Shown: positions 1 to 9,145 of the stretch, in pieces
How the letters are laid out: each line of letters begins with the position of its first letter
Position numbering within the stretch: position 1 is the stretch's first letter
Source: Treponemataceae bacterium
GTDB lineage: Bacteria > Spirochaetota > Spirochaetia > Treponematales > Rectinemataceae
NCBI GenBank assembly: GCA_963667725.2
Contig: CAXXHO010000005.1
Coordinates: forward strand, 1,056,001 to 1,120,000
Length of the DNA: 64,000 nt
Direction of reading: 5' to 3'
Made by a program: the position numbers and the translations under genes
Notes under the pieces: generated by a model
The model's database searches: none
The model's input: only the letters and a program-made list of their open reading frames with translations
What the model was told of the DNA's origin: nothing

Positions 1-414
1 CTTGGCCGTCAGAACCTTTTCGCAGGCGATTTTCTGCCGTGAATATTCCCAGAAGGGATTTTCGAGGGGCGTCGACTCGGTGATGATGGGGCTGAGCGAT
101 GGTTTTTGATAGGCCGAAGCGGTGCTTATCAGCACATACTGACCAGTGACGCCATCAAACATATCCATGTCCGCTTCCACGTGTTCGGGACGGTAGGCGA
201 GGAACTGCACGATGCTGTCGAACCTGAGCCCCGCGATGGCCGTCCTCACGGTTTCCGGATTCCTGATGTCGGCCTTGAGGGATTTTACGCCTGTATTTTC
301 CCTTTCAGGCCTGCTTCCGCGGTTCAGGTGGAACACTTCGAAGCCTTTTTCCAGTGCTCGCTCGGTGCAGGCGCTGGAAATATTGCCGGTTCCTCCGATA
401 AAGAGTACGCGCAT
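1..414 (-). CDS. NAD-dependent epimerase/dehydratase (extended SDR), partial; runs off the window start
   Basis: Not in the ORF track. Manual translation from ATG at 414 gives MRVLFIGGTGNISSACTERALEKGFEVFHLNRG (Rossmann GGTGxIS motif); GAGG RBS upstream. Confidence 0.85.
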   Translation of the reverse strand, partial: MRVLFIGGTGNISSACTERALEKGFEVFHLNRGSRPERENTGVKSLKADIRNPETVRTAIAGLRFDSIVQFLAYRPEHVEADMDMFDGVTGQYVLISTASAYQKPSLSPIITESTPLENPFWEYSRQKIACEKVLTAK

Positions 415-443
415 AGAATCACCTCTTCGGTTTCGTTTTATTA

Positions 444-472
444 TTGACAACTGACGTCTTACAACTTAAAAT
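444..472 (+). promoter_or_regulatory. sigma70-like promoter for the M24 peptidase-tct operon
   Basis: TTGACA-17 nt-TAAAAT. Confidence 0.6.
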
Positions 473-524
473 TATGGACAAGTGTAGTGATTTGTCAAGG
501 AAGATTGCCGGATAAGGAGCGTCG

Positions 525-1631
525 ATGTTCGAATTTGTGCCCGAAGAGATCGTTGAAAAGAAGCGCCGAGTCAGGGCTCTGCTTGAGACGCTCGAGCTGG
601 ACGCGATCTACCTGAAGAAGAGCGCCAATTTTTCCTGGGTGACCGGCGGCGGATACAACATCGTGGGCATGGCGACCGAAATCGGCATCGCCGGCATTCT
701 CATCACCGCCGATCGGGAATATGTCGTCTGCGGCAATATCGAAGCGGCCCGGATGGAAAACGAAGAACGTCTTGTCGATCAGGGCTATGAAATAGTCAGC
801 TTTCCCTGGAATGATGATAAGGAAGCGGCGATCGTCGGATCGCTCGCGGGTCCAAGACTCGGCGCCGACCATGGCCTGCCCGGCGCGACGGACATTTCGT
901 CGAAGATACAACCCCTCCGTTATTCGCTCACTCCTTGGGAGATCGTCAGGTATCGGAAACAGGCGCTCGACACGGCGCGCATTGCCGAGGAAACAGCCAT
1001 GGGCATTAGGCCGGGCGACGAAGAGCGGGAAGTGATCGGTAGGCTTTCCGAAAAGCTTTGGAAGAGCGGGATGGATTTCATCATAGCGTTTTGCGCCGCC
1101 GATGATCGCATCGCGCGCTTTCGTCATCCCGTGGCCACGGACAGGAAGATCGAAAGAAGGGCGATGATCAGCGTGAATTCGAGAAAGCGCGGTCTGATCG
1201 TGTCCATCACGCGTTTCGTGCAGTTCGGCAAAATCCCTGCCGATCTTAGGCAGCTATATGAAGACAATGTCTATGTCGATTCCGCGATGATGGCCGCCAC
1301 CCAGCCAGGACGCCCGGCGGTGGAAGTCTATGAAGTGGCGCTTCGCGCCTATGCCGAAAAAGGTTACCCCGAGGAATACAGGCTCCACCACCAGGGCGGT
1401 TCCATCGGCTACGCGGGCAGAGACTATAAGGTTACCGCCGCGACGAAAGAGATCATACAGGAAAATCAGGCGTTCACGTGGAATCCATCCATTACGGGAA
1501 TGAAGAGCGAGGATACGATGCTCGCCACGGCCAAAGGTCCGGTTGTCCTGTCCGAACCCGTGCTTTTCCCCATTCTGACGATGGAGAAAGACGGCTTTAC
1601 GTTCCGAAGACCAGGGATTCTTGAGTTGTAG
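525..1631 (+). CDS. M24 family (Xaa-Pro peptidase/creatinase-like) hydrolase
   Basis: Creatinase-like N-domain; C-terminal [13 protein letters not shown] and KSEDT motifs; AAGGAG RBS. Confidence 0.8.
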   Translation: MFEFVPEEIVEKKRRVRALLETLELDAIYLKKSANFSWVTGGGYNIVGMATEIGIAGILITADREYVVCGNIEAARMENEERLVDQGYEIVSFPWNDDKEAAIVGSLAGPRLGADHGLPGATDISSKIQPLRYSLTPWEIVRYRKQALDTARIAEETAMGIRPGDEEREVIGRLSEKLWKSGMDFIIAFCAADDRIARFRHPVATDRKIERRAMISVNSRKRGLIVSITRFVQFGKIPADLRQLYEDNVYVDSAMMAATQPGRPAVEVYEVALRAYAEKGYPEEYRLHHQGGSIGYAGRDYKVTAATKEIIQENQAFTWNPSITGMKSEDTMLATAKGPVVLSEPVLFPILTMEKDGFTFRRPGILEL

Positions 1632-1674
1632 GACGGGAAGACCGTCCTGCAAACCAATCAATAGGAGGCTTTCG

Positions 1675-2646
1675 ATGAAAATGAAGAGACTGGTGCTTCT
1701 CGTCTCCGCGCTCGTTCTTTTCGCGACGCTCAATGTCGGGGCGCAGCAGAAGAAATTCCCCGAAAGGGAGCTCGAAGTGATGGTGCCCTGGGCGGCCGGC
1801 GGAGCGACCGACGTCATGGTGCGCATCTTCGCGCCCGTCATCCAGAAGTATCTGGGCGTTCCTCTTCTCGTCACCAATAAACCGGGCGGGGCGGCGGTTC
1901 CCGGCTATGTCGAGGCGATGACGAAGAAGAACGATGGCCACTACCTCGTCGCCTGGGCGACTCCCTCCCTCACGGTCACCCATATGCAGAAGACGCCCTA
2001 CGACGCCAACACCTTCGAACCCATCATCGATGTCGTCATGGCGCCGGTATGGTTCCTGGCTCCCGCCAATTCGCCCTATAAAAACCTGAAGGATCTGGTC
2101 GAGGACGCGAAGAAGCGCCCCGGCATGGTCAATCTGGGCAACGCGGGCGCCGGCGGCGGCACCCACATGATAGCCCTGGCCTTTGAATCGGCCGTCGGCG
2201 TCAAGTTCAACCATGTTCCTCATGCCGGCGGAGCCCCGGCGGTAACGGCGGCGGTAGCCGGCCAGGTGGACGTCATCACTTGCGGACCCCCCGAAGGCGT
2301 GCCCCAGCTCGCGGCCGGCCAGCTCAAGTGCCTCGGCGTCTTCTCCGAAGGCCGCCTCAAGGAGTTCCCCAACTACCCGACAGCCATGGAGCTGGGCTAC
2401 GATTTCGCCATGGGGCAGTGGAGGGGACTTGCCGCGCTCAAGGGCACCGATCCCGCCAAGATCAAGATCCTGCACGACGGTTTCAAGGCGGCCATGGAAG
2501 ATCCCGAGTTCATAAAGCTCGCGGCCCAGGCGGGGCTCCTTCTCGACTACCGCAACACCGAGGACTTCAGGAAACTCATCCAGAAGGAAGACGATTATTA
2601 CGAGAAGGTCGTGAAGGACAACAAACTGGGAAGCAAGTATAAATAA
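1675..2646 (+). CDS. tctC: Tripartite tricarboxylate transporter substrate-binding protein
   Basis: Signal peptide, [15 protein letters not shown] and HVPHAGG motifs; start moved to ATG 1675 after AGGAGG. Confidence 0.9.
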   Translation: MKMKRLVLLVSALVLFATLNVGAQQKKFPERELEVMVPWAAGGATDVMVRIFAPVIQKYLGVPLLVTNKPGGAAVPGYVEAMTKKNDGHYLVAWATPSLTVTHMQKTPYDANTFEPIIDVVMAPVWFLAPANSPYKNLKDLVEDAKKRPGMVNLGNAGAGGGTHMIALAFESAVGVKFNHVPHAGGAPAVTAAVAGQVDVITCGPPEGVPQLAAGQLKCLGVFSEGRLKEFPNYPTAMELGYDFAMGQWRGLAALKGTDPAKIKILHDGFKAAMEDPEFIKLAAQAGLLLDYRNTEDFRKLIQKEDDYYEKVVKDNKLGSKYK

Positions 2647-3131
2647 TGGGCAAGATTGACATTATATGCGGCTTCCTCGCGGGGGCCGTTTCCTTGCTTT
2701 TCTACGTAGGGACGCTCTCATTCCCCGACATCAGCATCGGCATCAATCCGAGGGCTTATCCCCTCGTGATCATCATCGCTTCCTTTGCGCTCTCTTTGCT
2801 CCTGATTGCCCAGGGCGCGATGAAGATGCGGAGGGAGAAGGCTCCGGCCAGGGAAGGGGAAGGCGGCGCGACTAGGGCGAGGACCCTGCCCAGGGGCAAG
2901 ACGGCATGGTATCTCGTCATGCTGACGGCGGGCATGCTCGCCTACGCCCTGTCCATGGAGGATCTGGGCTATATCGTCGTGACGCCTTTCCTGACCGCCC
3001 TGACCATGTGGCTATTCGGCGAGCGTAAACCATTGAAGATCATATTCGTGTCGGTACTCGTCTCGATTGTCCTGTACTGGATATTCAGGAGCGTCTTTCG
3101 CGTTCCGCTGCCTCGTTCTTTCATCTGGTGA
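2646..3131 (+). CDS. tctB: Tripartite tricarboxylate transporter small membrane subunit
   Basis: 4 TM helices, PRAYP and F.VPLP motifs, between tctC and tctA. Confidence 0.85.
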   Translation: MGKIDIICGFLAGAVSLLFYVGTLSFPDISIGINPRAYPLVIIIASFALSLLLIAQGAMKMRREKAPAREGEGGATRARTLPRGKTAWYLVMLTAGMLAYALSMEDLGYIVVTPFLTALTMWLFGERKPLKIIFVSVLVSIVLYWIFRSVFRVPLPRSFIW

Positions 3132-3144
3132 GAGGAGAATCGAC

Positions 3145-4629
3145 ATGACTGGAATAACAGAAGCGCTGGTTTTCGTTCTCACCCACATCCATTTCCTCAT
3201 CATCGGCGTGGCGGGGGGCATCATCGTGGGGGCGATCCCCGGGCTCTCCGGATCCACGGGTATCATATTGATGCTCCCCTTCCTCATCTACATCGATCCT
3301 TCGGCGGCCCTCATCATGATGAGCGGTCTTTTCTGCGGATCGATGTTCGGGGGATCCATAGCGGCCGTCCTCATCTCGACGCCGGGAACGCCCTCGGCCG
3401 CCGCGACCGTGCTGGACGGCTATCCGCTCACGAAAAAAGGCCAGGCGGGGAAGGCCCTGGGCGTGGCCCTGGTCGCTTCCACGGCCGGGGGCGTCATATC
3501 CACGCTCTGCCTCATTTTCCTCGCGCCGGAACTGGCCAAGATCGCGCTGAAGTTCGGACCCTCCGAATACTTCGCCCTCATGATCTTCGGCCTTACCATC
3601 ATGGCGAGCGTGTCGTCGGCTTCCCTCACGAAAGGTCTCCTTTCGGGCTTTTTCGGCCTCCTCCTGTCGATGGTCGGCCTCAACCCCACCCTTGGCACCG
3701 AGCGCTTCACCTTCGGCGTAATCCGCCTTCTCACCGGCTTTTCCATGATGCCCGTGCTCATAGGTCTTTTCGCCATCTCCGAAGTGCTCTTGCAGGTGGA
3801 ACTCTTCAATGATGGCAAGATCCTGCGGGTTTCGAAAAAGCACAAGATCGGGGAGATCATGCCCAGGGGCAAGGAGCTGAAGGGGCTCTGGAAGGTCATC
3901 CTCGGATCTTCGATCCTCGGGACGATCATAGGGATTATCCCAGCGACGGGCGGTTCGATAGCTTCCTTCATGGCCTACAATGAAACCAAGCGCTTTTCGA
4001 AGGACCCTGATTCCTTCGGCAAGGGGAATCTGGCGGGCATAGCGGCCCCTGAGGCGGCGAACAACGCCACGACGGGCGGGGCGATGATCCCTCTCATAAC
4101 GATGGGCATTCCTGGCGACGTCGTCACTTCCGTCATGCTGGGGGCTTTGATGATCATCGGGGTTCAGCCCGGCCCCCTTCTCTTCACGCAGTCGCCCCAG
4201 ATCGTGAACAATCTCTTCATGGGATTCCTGATTGCTCAGTTTCTCATGCTGGGATTGGGCTATCTGGGCATCCGCGCCTCGAACCTGATTCTCAAGGTTT
4301 CCCTCGGCATACTCTACCCCATCATTCTCTGCCTCTGCCTTTTGGGCGCCTACTCCCTGGGCAACAGCGCCTATGACGTCCTTCTCGCGCTGATTTTCGG
4401 AGTCGTCGGCTACTTCATGAAGAAGTACGGCTTCTCCGCGCCGTCGGTCATCCTGGGGCTCATCCTGGGACCGATCGCCGAACAGGAACTGGGAAGGGCG
4501 CTGATCATATCGCATGGCGACTGGACGGTGCTGTTCACCTCGCCCTTGTCGATCATGTTCTATGTCTTCGCAATCCTTTCGGTAACTTATTCGCTGGGGT
4601 TGTTCAACAAGAAAAAGAAGGCTGTGTGA
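3145..4629 (+). CDS. tctA: Tripartite tricarboxylate transporter large membrane subunit
   Basis: GAIPGLS, TPGTPSAAAT and APEAANNA motifs; start at ATG 3145 after GAGGAG. Confidence 0.92.
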   Translation: MTGITEALVFVLTHIHFLIIGVAGGIIVGAIPGLSGSTGIILMLPFLIYIDPSAALIMMSGLFCGSMFGGSIAAVLISTPGTPSAAATVLDGYPLTKKGQAGKALGVALVASTAGGVISTLCLIFLAPELAKIALKFGPSEYFALMIFGLTIMASVSSASLTKGLLSGFFGLLLSMVGLNPTLGTERFTFGVIRLLTGFSMMPVLIGLFAISEVLLQVELFNDGKILRVSKKHKIGEIMPRGKELKGLWKVILGSSILGTIIGIIPATGGSIASFMAYNETKRFSKDPDSFGKGNLAGIAAPEAANNATTGGAMIPLITMGIPGDVVTSVMLGALMIIGVQPGPLLFTQSPQIVNNLFMGFLIAQFLMLGLGYLGIRASNLILKVSLGILYPIILCLCLLGAYSLGNSAYDVLLALIFGVVGYFMKKYGFSAPSVILGLILGPIAEQELGRALIISHGDWTVLFTSPLSIMFYVFAILSVTYSLGLFNKKKKAV

Positions 4630-4682
4630 GGGGCGCAAGGAGATAAGCTCGCGTGATGAGTGCGGGGCGATGAGTGCTGGGC

Positions 4683-7646
4683 TTATAAGCGCGGGCCGAG
4701 GCGGGCGCCCGCGTCGGCCGGGGCTAAGTCGGTCAGTTCCAGAAGTCCCTTCATGTCGATGGAGCCGTCGCCGCGTGGTTCGGGCGCGATGCCGGCGGTG
4801 TCGACGCTGACAAAGATGTCGGCGCCCAGGCTAAGGCCCTGTGCGTTGACACACTTCGCGCCGTTCCAGAAGTAATTGTCCGCCGACGCGAGCTCAGGTC
4901 TTTCCCTGTAGTTGTCGCCTGTGCCGCCAGCCATCGAGATGAGACCGCTCGCCCTGAGGAGCCGCTCTCCGTCGCCCTTCCCGTACAGGCTTATGTTCGC
5001 GCCCTTGTTTCCGTAGGAAGTGCAGCGCTCCAGGATCACCGCCGGGTTGGAGTTGGAGGTGATGCCGCTCGCGCCGTTGGCCCAGGCCAGGCTGTTCCGC
5101 AGGATGTGGGGCACGGCTATCCCGTCCCCGCCCAGCTTGAAGCCGTTGCCGTCGCCGTTGCCCGAGCCGTCGGAGAGGGAGCCGTTCCTGTAAGCCGCGC
5201 AGTCTTCGATGAGGACGGCACCGATGGGTCCCGTCTCGATTTTGCTGAAGAGATCCCAGCCGTCGTCGATGTTGTGCCAGGCCAGGCAGCCCCTGAACAC
5301 GCTGCCCTCGCCTACGGTGAGCTTGGCGGCGAAGCCGTCCGCGTTGTTGGCGGCCGGGTCGCTGTTGTCGTGCGAGGCGCAGTTCTGGATCAGGTTGTCC
5401 TTCGGCCACTTTTCGGGCGGCTCGAGGCTCGATCCGCTGATCTGCAGGCCCGTGTCGCCGCAGCTGTAGGTCCGAACATTCCTGATTATATTATGGTTTC
5501 CTGCTACCTGGAGGCCTTTGACGTTGTCCGGCGTGTCGCGGATGTCGATGCCCTCGATGGTCCACCAATCGCCCGCCAGCAGCATGCCGCCCGAGGCCGA
5601 GTAGCCGAAATCGAAGATCGCCCGTTCGCCGGGCGCCGACATCAGGACCTTGCGCAGCGCCGGCGTCCCATTGTTGCCGCGCTCGATCGTCACGGATTTG
5701 GGGGGGTAGTAGACGCCTCCCTTGAGAAGGATCGGCTGTCCGGGCTTCGCGTAATACAGGGCCGAGCTCAGGTCCAGGGGCGATTCCATCGAGCCGTCCC
5801 CGAAAACCGAGCCCTCTCGCGACACATAGAGCCTGTCGCCCTCAATCGTCCGGTAGATCACGGTATGGCCGAGGGAGATGGGCTCGCTGCTCTCCACATA
5901 TTTCCGCAGTTCCCTGTCGTAGCGGGCTATGGCCATCATTTCGCCGGGCCTGAAATCGGGATCGGGCGTAAAGGTGAGGAAGAAGTCGTTGATGCCCCAG
6001 GCGAGTTCGATGTCGGCGGTGAAATCCTCGAGCGCCGTGACGCGGGCACCGTCGATGACGAGGTTGCGGTCCTTGTCTTTCATGGTGAGTCGGCCGTTGG
6101 CGTTCGAAGTGAAGACGAAGGGGTAGGATGTCGTCGTGTACGAGGAGGGGGAGTCCACCATGGCGACAAGGGGGACGAGTTCCTGAGGCTCCTTTTGTGC
6201 CGGCGGATCCGTCCTGGGATCGGTGACGGTCATCGAGACATCGCTGACGGTGACGTTGCAGCCCCTCGCCACCGAAAAGCCGACGTACAGGTGCTCGGGA
6301 TCGAGCTGGAGGAGCTTTTCGGGGCCGTACATGACATATTCGGTGACGGTTTCCTCCGTCGCGTAGGGTTTTTCGAGGACGGCGTGGTAGCCTGAGTTGG
6401 TCTTCTTCAGCGTCAGGGTGAATCGGTCGCCGGCCCTTACGAGGTCGGAGCTGTCGTAGCTGTAGGCCCTCGACAGGCTCGTGCCCCTCTGGGCTATCCC
6501 TGAGTCCCCGGAGGCGATGATTTCCTTTGTCAGGCCCGAGACGAAGCGCGCGCCGAGGGTGTCCTTGCTCGTCTTCTTGACTCCGTCGATCGTCTCCTCG
6601 AACTTGGTGGCGATGATGCCGGCCGAGTTCGTGTAGTGATTGGCCGAGCTGACGCCCTGGGCGCCCAGGCTGTCCAGGGCGAGAAGGCCGAAGCCTTCCT
6701 GGCCGTCGGCCGTGGGGTTGATGTAGTCGATGGTGAAGGTGGCCTTGAGCTCAAAATTCTCGGTTTCGGGATCGATCACCGTATAATAGAAGGAAATTCC
6801 GTCGTGGAAGGCGGTGTACTTGCCGCCTTTCTGGTCGATCTGGCCGTCGGCCGGATTGAAGGAGCAGGATTTGAGCCTGAAGACGAACTCATCCGCGTCG
6901 ATCATCTCCATGCTGTTCAATTCGGCCTTGCTGGATTGGCCGAACCAGGTGAAGAACCACTCCCTTTCCGCCTCGGCCTTGGCCAGCTTGAGGAGGGGTT
7001 TCGAGGACGAACTCTCCCGGTCTCGGATGGCCGAGACGGTGAAGGCGTAGCGCCGGCCGGGGATAAGGCCCGCGATAGTCGTCTCCGTTCCGAGGGAAAT
7101 CGCCGACTCGGCGGCAGCTGAGCCCTCGGGCTTCCAGGAAACGATATAGTGTTCCGCTTCCTTGACTGGCTCCCAGCTGATGAGCATAGCGCCTTTGCCG
7201 GCGTTCCGGGCTTGGATGGCGGGCGGTGTCAGGGGGAGGGAGAAGTCGAATGAAAGAGCGGGGGAGGTTTTCGTCTCCGCGACGCCGGTCCTGGATGCGA
7301 CGATGGAGAAGAGATAGGTACCGCTTTTGGGCGGCTTGAATTCAGCGGTTTTTATCTCTCTGGATGATCGGCCGAGCAGTTTTGTCTCGAGCTTGCCGCC
7401 AGCGGCGTCCATCATGATCACCGCCGCCCGGTCGGCTCCCTTGCTGCCGATCTCGAGCCTGAAGGCGACGAGCAGGGTATCGGGACGATCCGGCGCGAGG
7501 CTCAGCGAGACGAATTCCGGCCCGGCGACCTTGTCCCAGGCCGACCGCGCATCCTGCGCGGAGCCGGGCGCGGCCAGGGCGAGGCAGGATAACAGGACCA
7601 TCAGCCCGCGTTTCACGGGCGGGCCTTTCGGGGCGAATCCGGCCAT
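4683..7646 (-). CDS. Secreted pectate lyase (PL9-like beta-helix) with an FN3 domain
   Basis: Signal peptide, FN3-like segment, C-terminal NADGFAAK, NIDDGWD and GDGNGFKLGG motifs typical of PL9. Confidence 0.85.
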   Translation of the reverse strand: MAGFAPKGPPVKRGLMVLLSCLALAAPGSAQDARSAWDKVAGPEFVSLSLAPDRPDTLLVAFRLEIGSKGADRAAVIMMDAAGGKLETKLLGRSSREIKTAEFKPPKSGTYLFSIVASRTGVAETKTSPALSFDFSLPLTPPAIQARNAGKGAMLISWEPVKEAEHYIVSWKPEGSAAAESAISLGTETTIAGLIPGRRYAFTVSAIRDRESSSSKPLLKLAKAEAEREWFFTWFGQSSKAELNSMEMIDADEFVFRLKSCSFNPADGQIDQKGGKYTAFHDGISFYYTVIDPETENFELKATFTIDYINPTADGQEGFGLLALDSLGAQGVSSANHYTNSAGIIATKFEETIDGVKKTSKDTLGARFVSGLTKEIIASGDSGIAQRGTSLSRAYSYDSSDLVRAGDRFTLTLKKTNSGYHAVLEKPYATEETVTEYVMYGPEKLLQLDPEHLYVGFSVARGCNVTVSDVSMTVTDPRTDPPAQKEPQELVPLVAMVDSPSSYTTTSYPFVFTSNANGRLTMKDKDRNLVIDGARVTALEDFTADIELAWGINDFFLTFTPDPDFRPGEMMAIARYDRELRKYVESSEPISLGHTVIYRTIEGDRLYVSREGSVFGDGSMESPLDLSSALYYAKPGQPILLKGGVYYPPKSVTIERGNNGTPALRKVLMSAPGERAIFDFGYSASGGMLLAGDWWTIEGIDIRDTPDNVKGLQVAGNHNIIRNVRTYSCGDTGLQISGSSLEPPEKWPKDNLIQNCASHDNSDPAANNADGFAAKLTVGEGSVFRGCLAWHNIDDGWDLFSKIETGPIGAVLIEDCAAYRNGSLSDGSGNGDGNGFKLGGDGIAVPHILRNSLAWANGASGITSNSNPAVILERCTSYGNKGANISLYGKGDGERLLRASGLISMAGGTGDNYRERPELASADNYFWNGAKCVNAQGLSLGADIFVSVDTAGIAPEPRGDGSIDMKGLLELTDLAPADAGARLGPRL

Positions 7647-7654
7647 GGGAGACC

Positions 7655-8167
7655 TTACTTGATGAAAATCTGGTAGATATTGATTCCGCTGCTCTTGGAG
7701 TAGAGAACGTATTCTCCCGCGCCAGGCAAGACGGCCTTCGCGATACCCGCGTTCTTTTCGTCGTCGGGTGGAGCCACCAGCTCGGCGATCACCGCCCCGT
7801 CGGCAAGCTTAACCAGCACCAGGGTGCGGGCGTCGGTCTTGCTGGAGCTGTTGGCATAGATGAGGACTTCGGCAGCGCCGGCGGCCGAAAAATGAATCGA
7901 GCGGTAATCGGCCGCGCCGCCGCCGTTCAGTTTGATCCTATTGTTGAAGACTTCGCCGTCTGCCGCCACGCGGGGCGCCGACATGACTTCGATGGTCACG
8001 CCCTTGTCGCTTCGGGCGAAGATGGCGAAGCTGCCGAATGCCTTGGTCGCCGTGATCTGAGCGGCCTCGAGATCGTTCGCCGTGAAGAATTCCTCGGCGC
8101 CCAGCGTGGCGGTCGTGAAAAGGCTGGCCATAAGGCAGAGCAGGAATAATCCTTTTTTCATGGTCAT
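7655..8167 (-). CDS. Secreted carbohydrate-binding-module protein (CBM77-like, pectin-binding)
   Basis: Signal peptide; FNNRIKLNGG..RSIHF..IYANSSS pattern; directly upstream of the PL9 gene. Confidence 0.6.
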   Translation of the reverse strand: MTMKKGLFLLCLMASLFTTATLGAEEFFTANDLEAAQITATKAFGSFAIFARSDKGVTIEVMSAPRVAADGEVFNNRIKLNGGGAADYRSIHFSAAGAAEVLIYANSSSKTDARTLVLVKLADGAVIAELVAPPDDEKNAGIAKAVLPGAGEYVLYSKSSGINIYQIFIK

Positions 8168-8301
8168 CGGTATGCCTCCTGATGGTACCAGGCGCCCCGG
8201 TTTTGACGGGGACAGCCCGCGGCGACGCCGCCTCCCTCAGTATACCTTCACTTTCTTACACAAAACAGGCGGATTTTTGGACAAAGGCGACATGATAAGT
8301 C

Positions 8302-9021
8302 TTAACGTGCTTCTTCAGGCTCAGGGGAGGCCGATTGCTTTGTCAGTGTGCGCCGGTAGCTCGCGTCGAGGTGGCTGTGCATGGCGTCGAAGGATCGTTC
8401 GGGGTCGCGGGCGGCTATCGCTTCGTAGATGACTCTGTGTTCCTCGAAGGCGTGGCGGTGGTCTTCGCTCGTGCGCGGGGCGTCTTTGTAGGTCTTGACG
8501 ATCGAGTCCATTATGATCGGTATGAGGCGGATGATGACGGGATTCTTGGTCGCCTCGGCGATGCTCCGATGGAAATTGAGTTCGACGTTTATTCCCACTT
8601 TGCGTTGATAGACGATTTCTTCCATGTCGCGGACGCATGCGGCGATTTTCTCAATATCCTGGTCGTCGGCCGTCTGCGCGGCCAGCCGGGCCACCCCGGG
8701 CTCGATGATGAGACGGGCCTGAATAAGGGCGAGGCGCAGATTGGGACTCATGATGAAATCCAGCCCAAGGGGGTCTTCGGCGATGCCGGGCATCTGGGAG
8801 ACATAGGTACCCTTGCCCCTGTGGATTTCGAGGACACCTTGCGAGGCGAGCGTCTTCACCGCTTCGCGGATAGTCGGTCTCGAGACCGAAAAGAGAGCGC
8901 AAAGCTCCAGCTCATTCGGAAGCTTGTCGCCCGGCTTGAGCTTTTCGTTGAGGATGAGTTCCTTGATATGGGCGGCGACTTCCTGCGAACGTCGTTTTCC
9001 CGTAGACAGATTGGTGTACAT
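8302..9021 (-). CDS. GntR/FadR-family transcriptional regulator
   Basis: LPNELELCALFSVSRPTIREA wHTH plus FCD domain. Confidence 0.92.
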   Translation of the reverse strand: MYTNLSTGKRRSQEVAAHIKELILNEKLKPGDKLPNELELCALFSVSRPTIREAVKTLASQGVLEIHRGKGTYVSQMPGIAEDPLGLDFIMSPNLRLALIQARLIIEPGVARLAAQTADDQDIEKIAACVRDMEEIVYQRKVGINVELNFHRSIAEATKNPVIIRLIPIIMDSIVKTYKDAPRTSEDHRHAFEEHRVIYEAIAARDPERSFDAMHSHLDASYRRTLTKQSASPEPEEAR

Positions 9022-9145
9022 GATACCTCGTCCCTAGCAAAAACCTTGCGTGATCAGATGTCTTACCTTACTACGTCCGCGCCCTTGCCGCAAGATCGAA
9101 CATCGCGTCGCTCCTGGCGGGCGGGGCGCGGATCACCGCGCCGGC

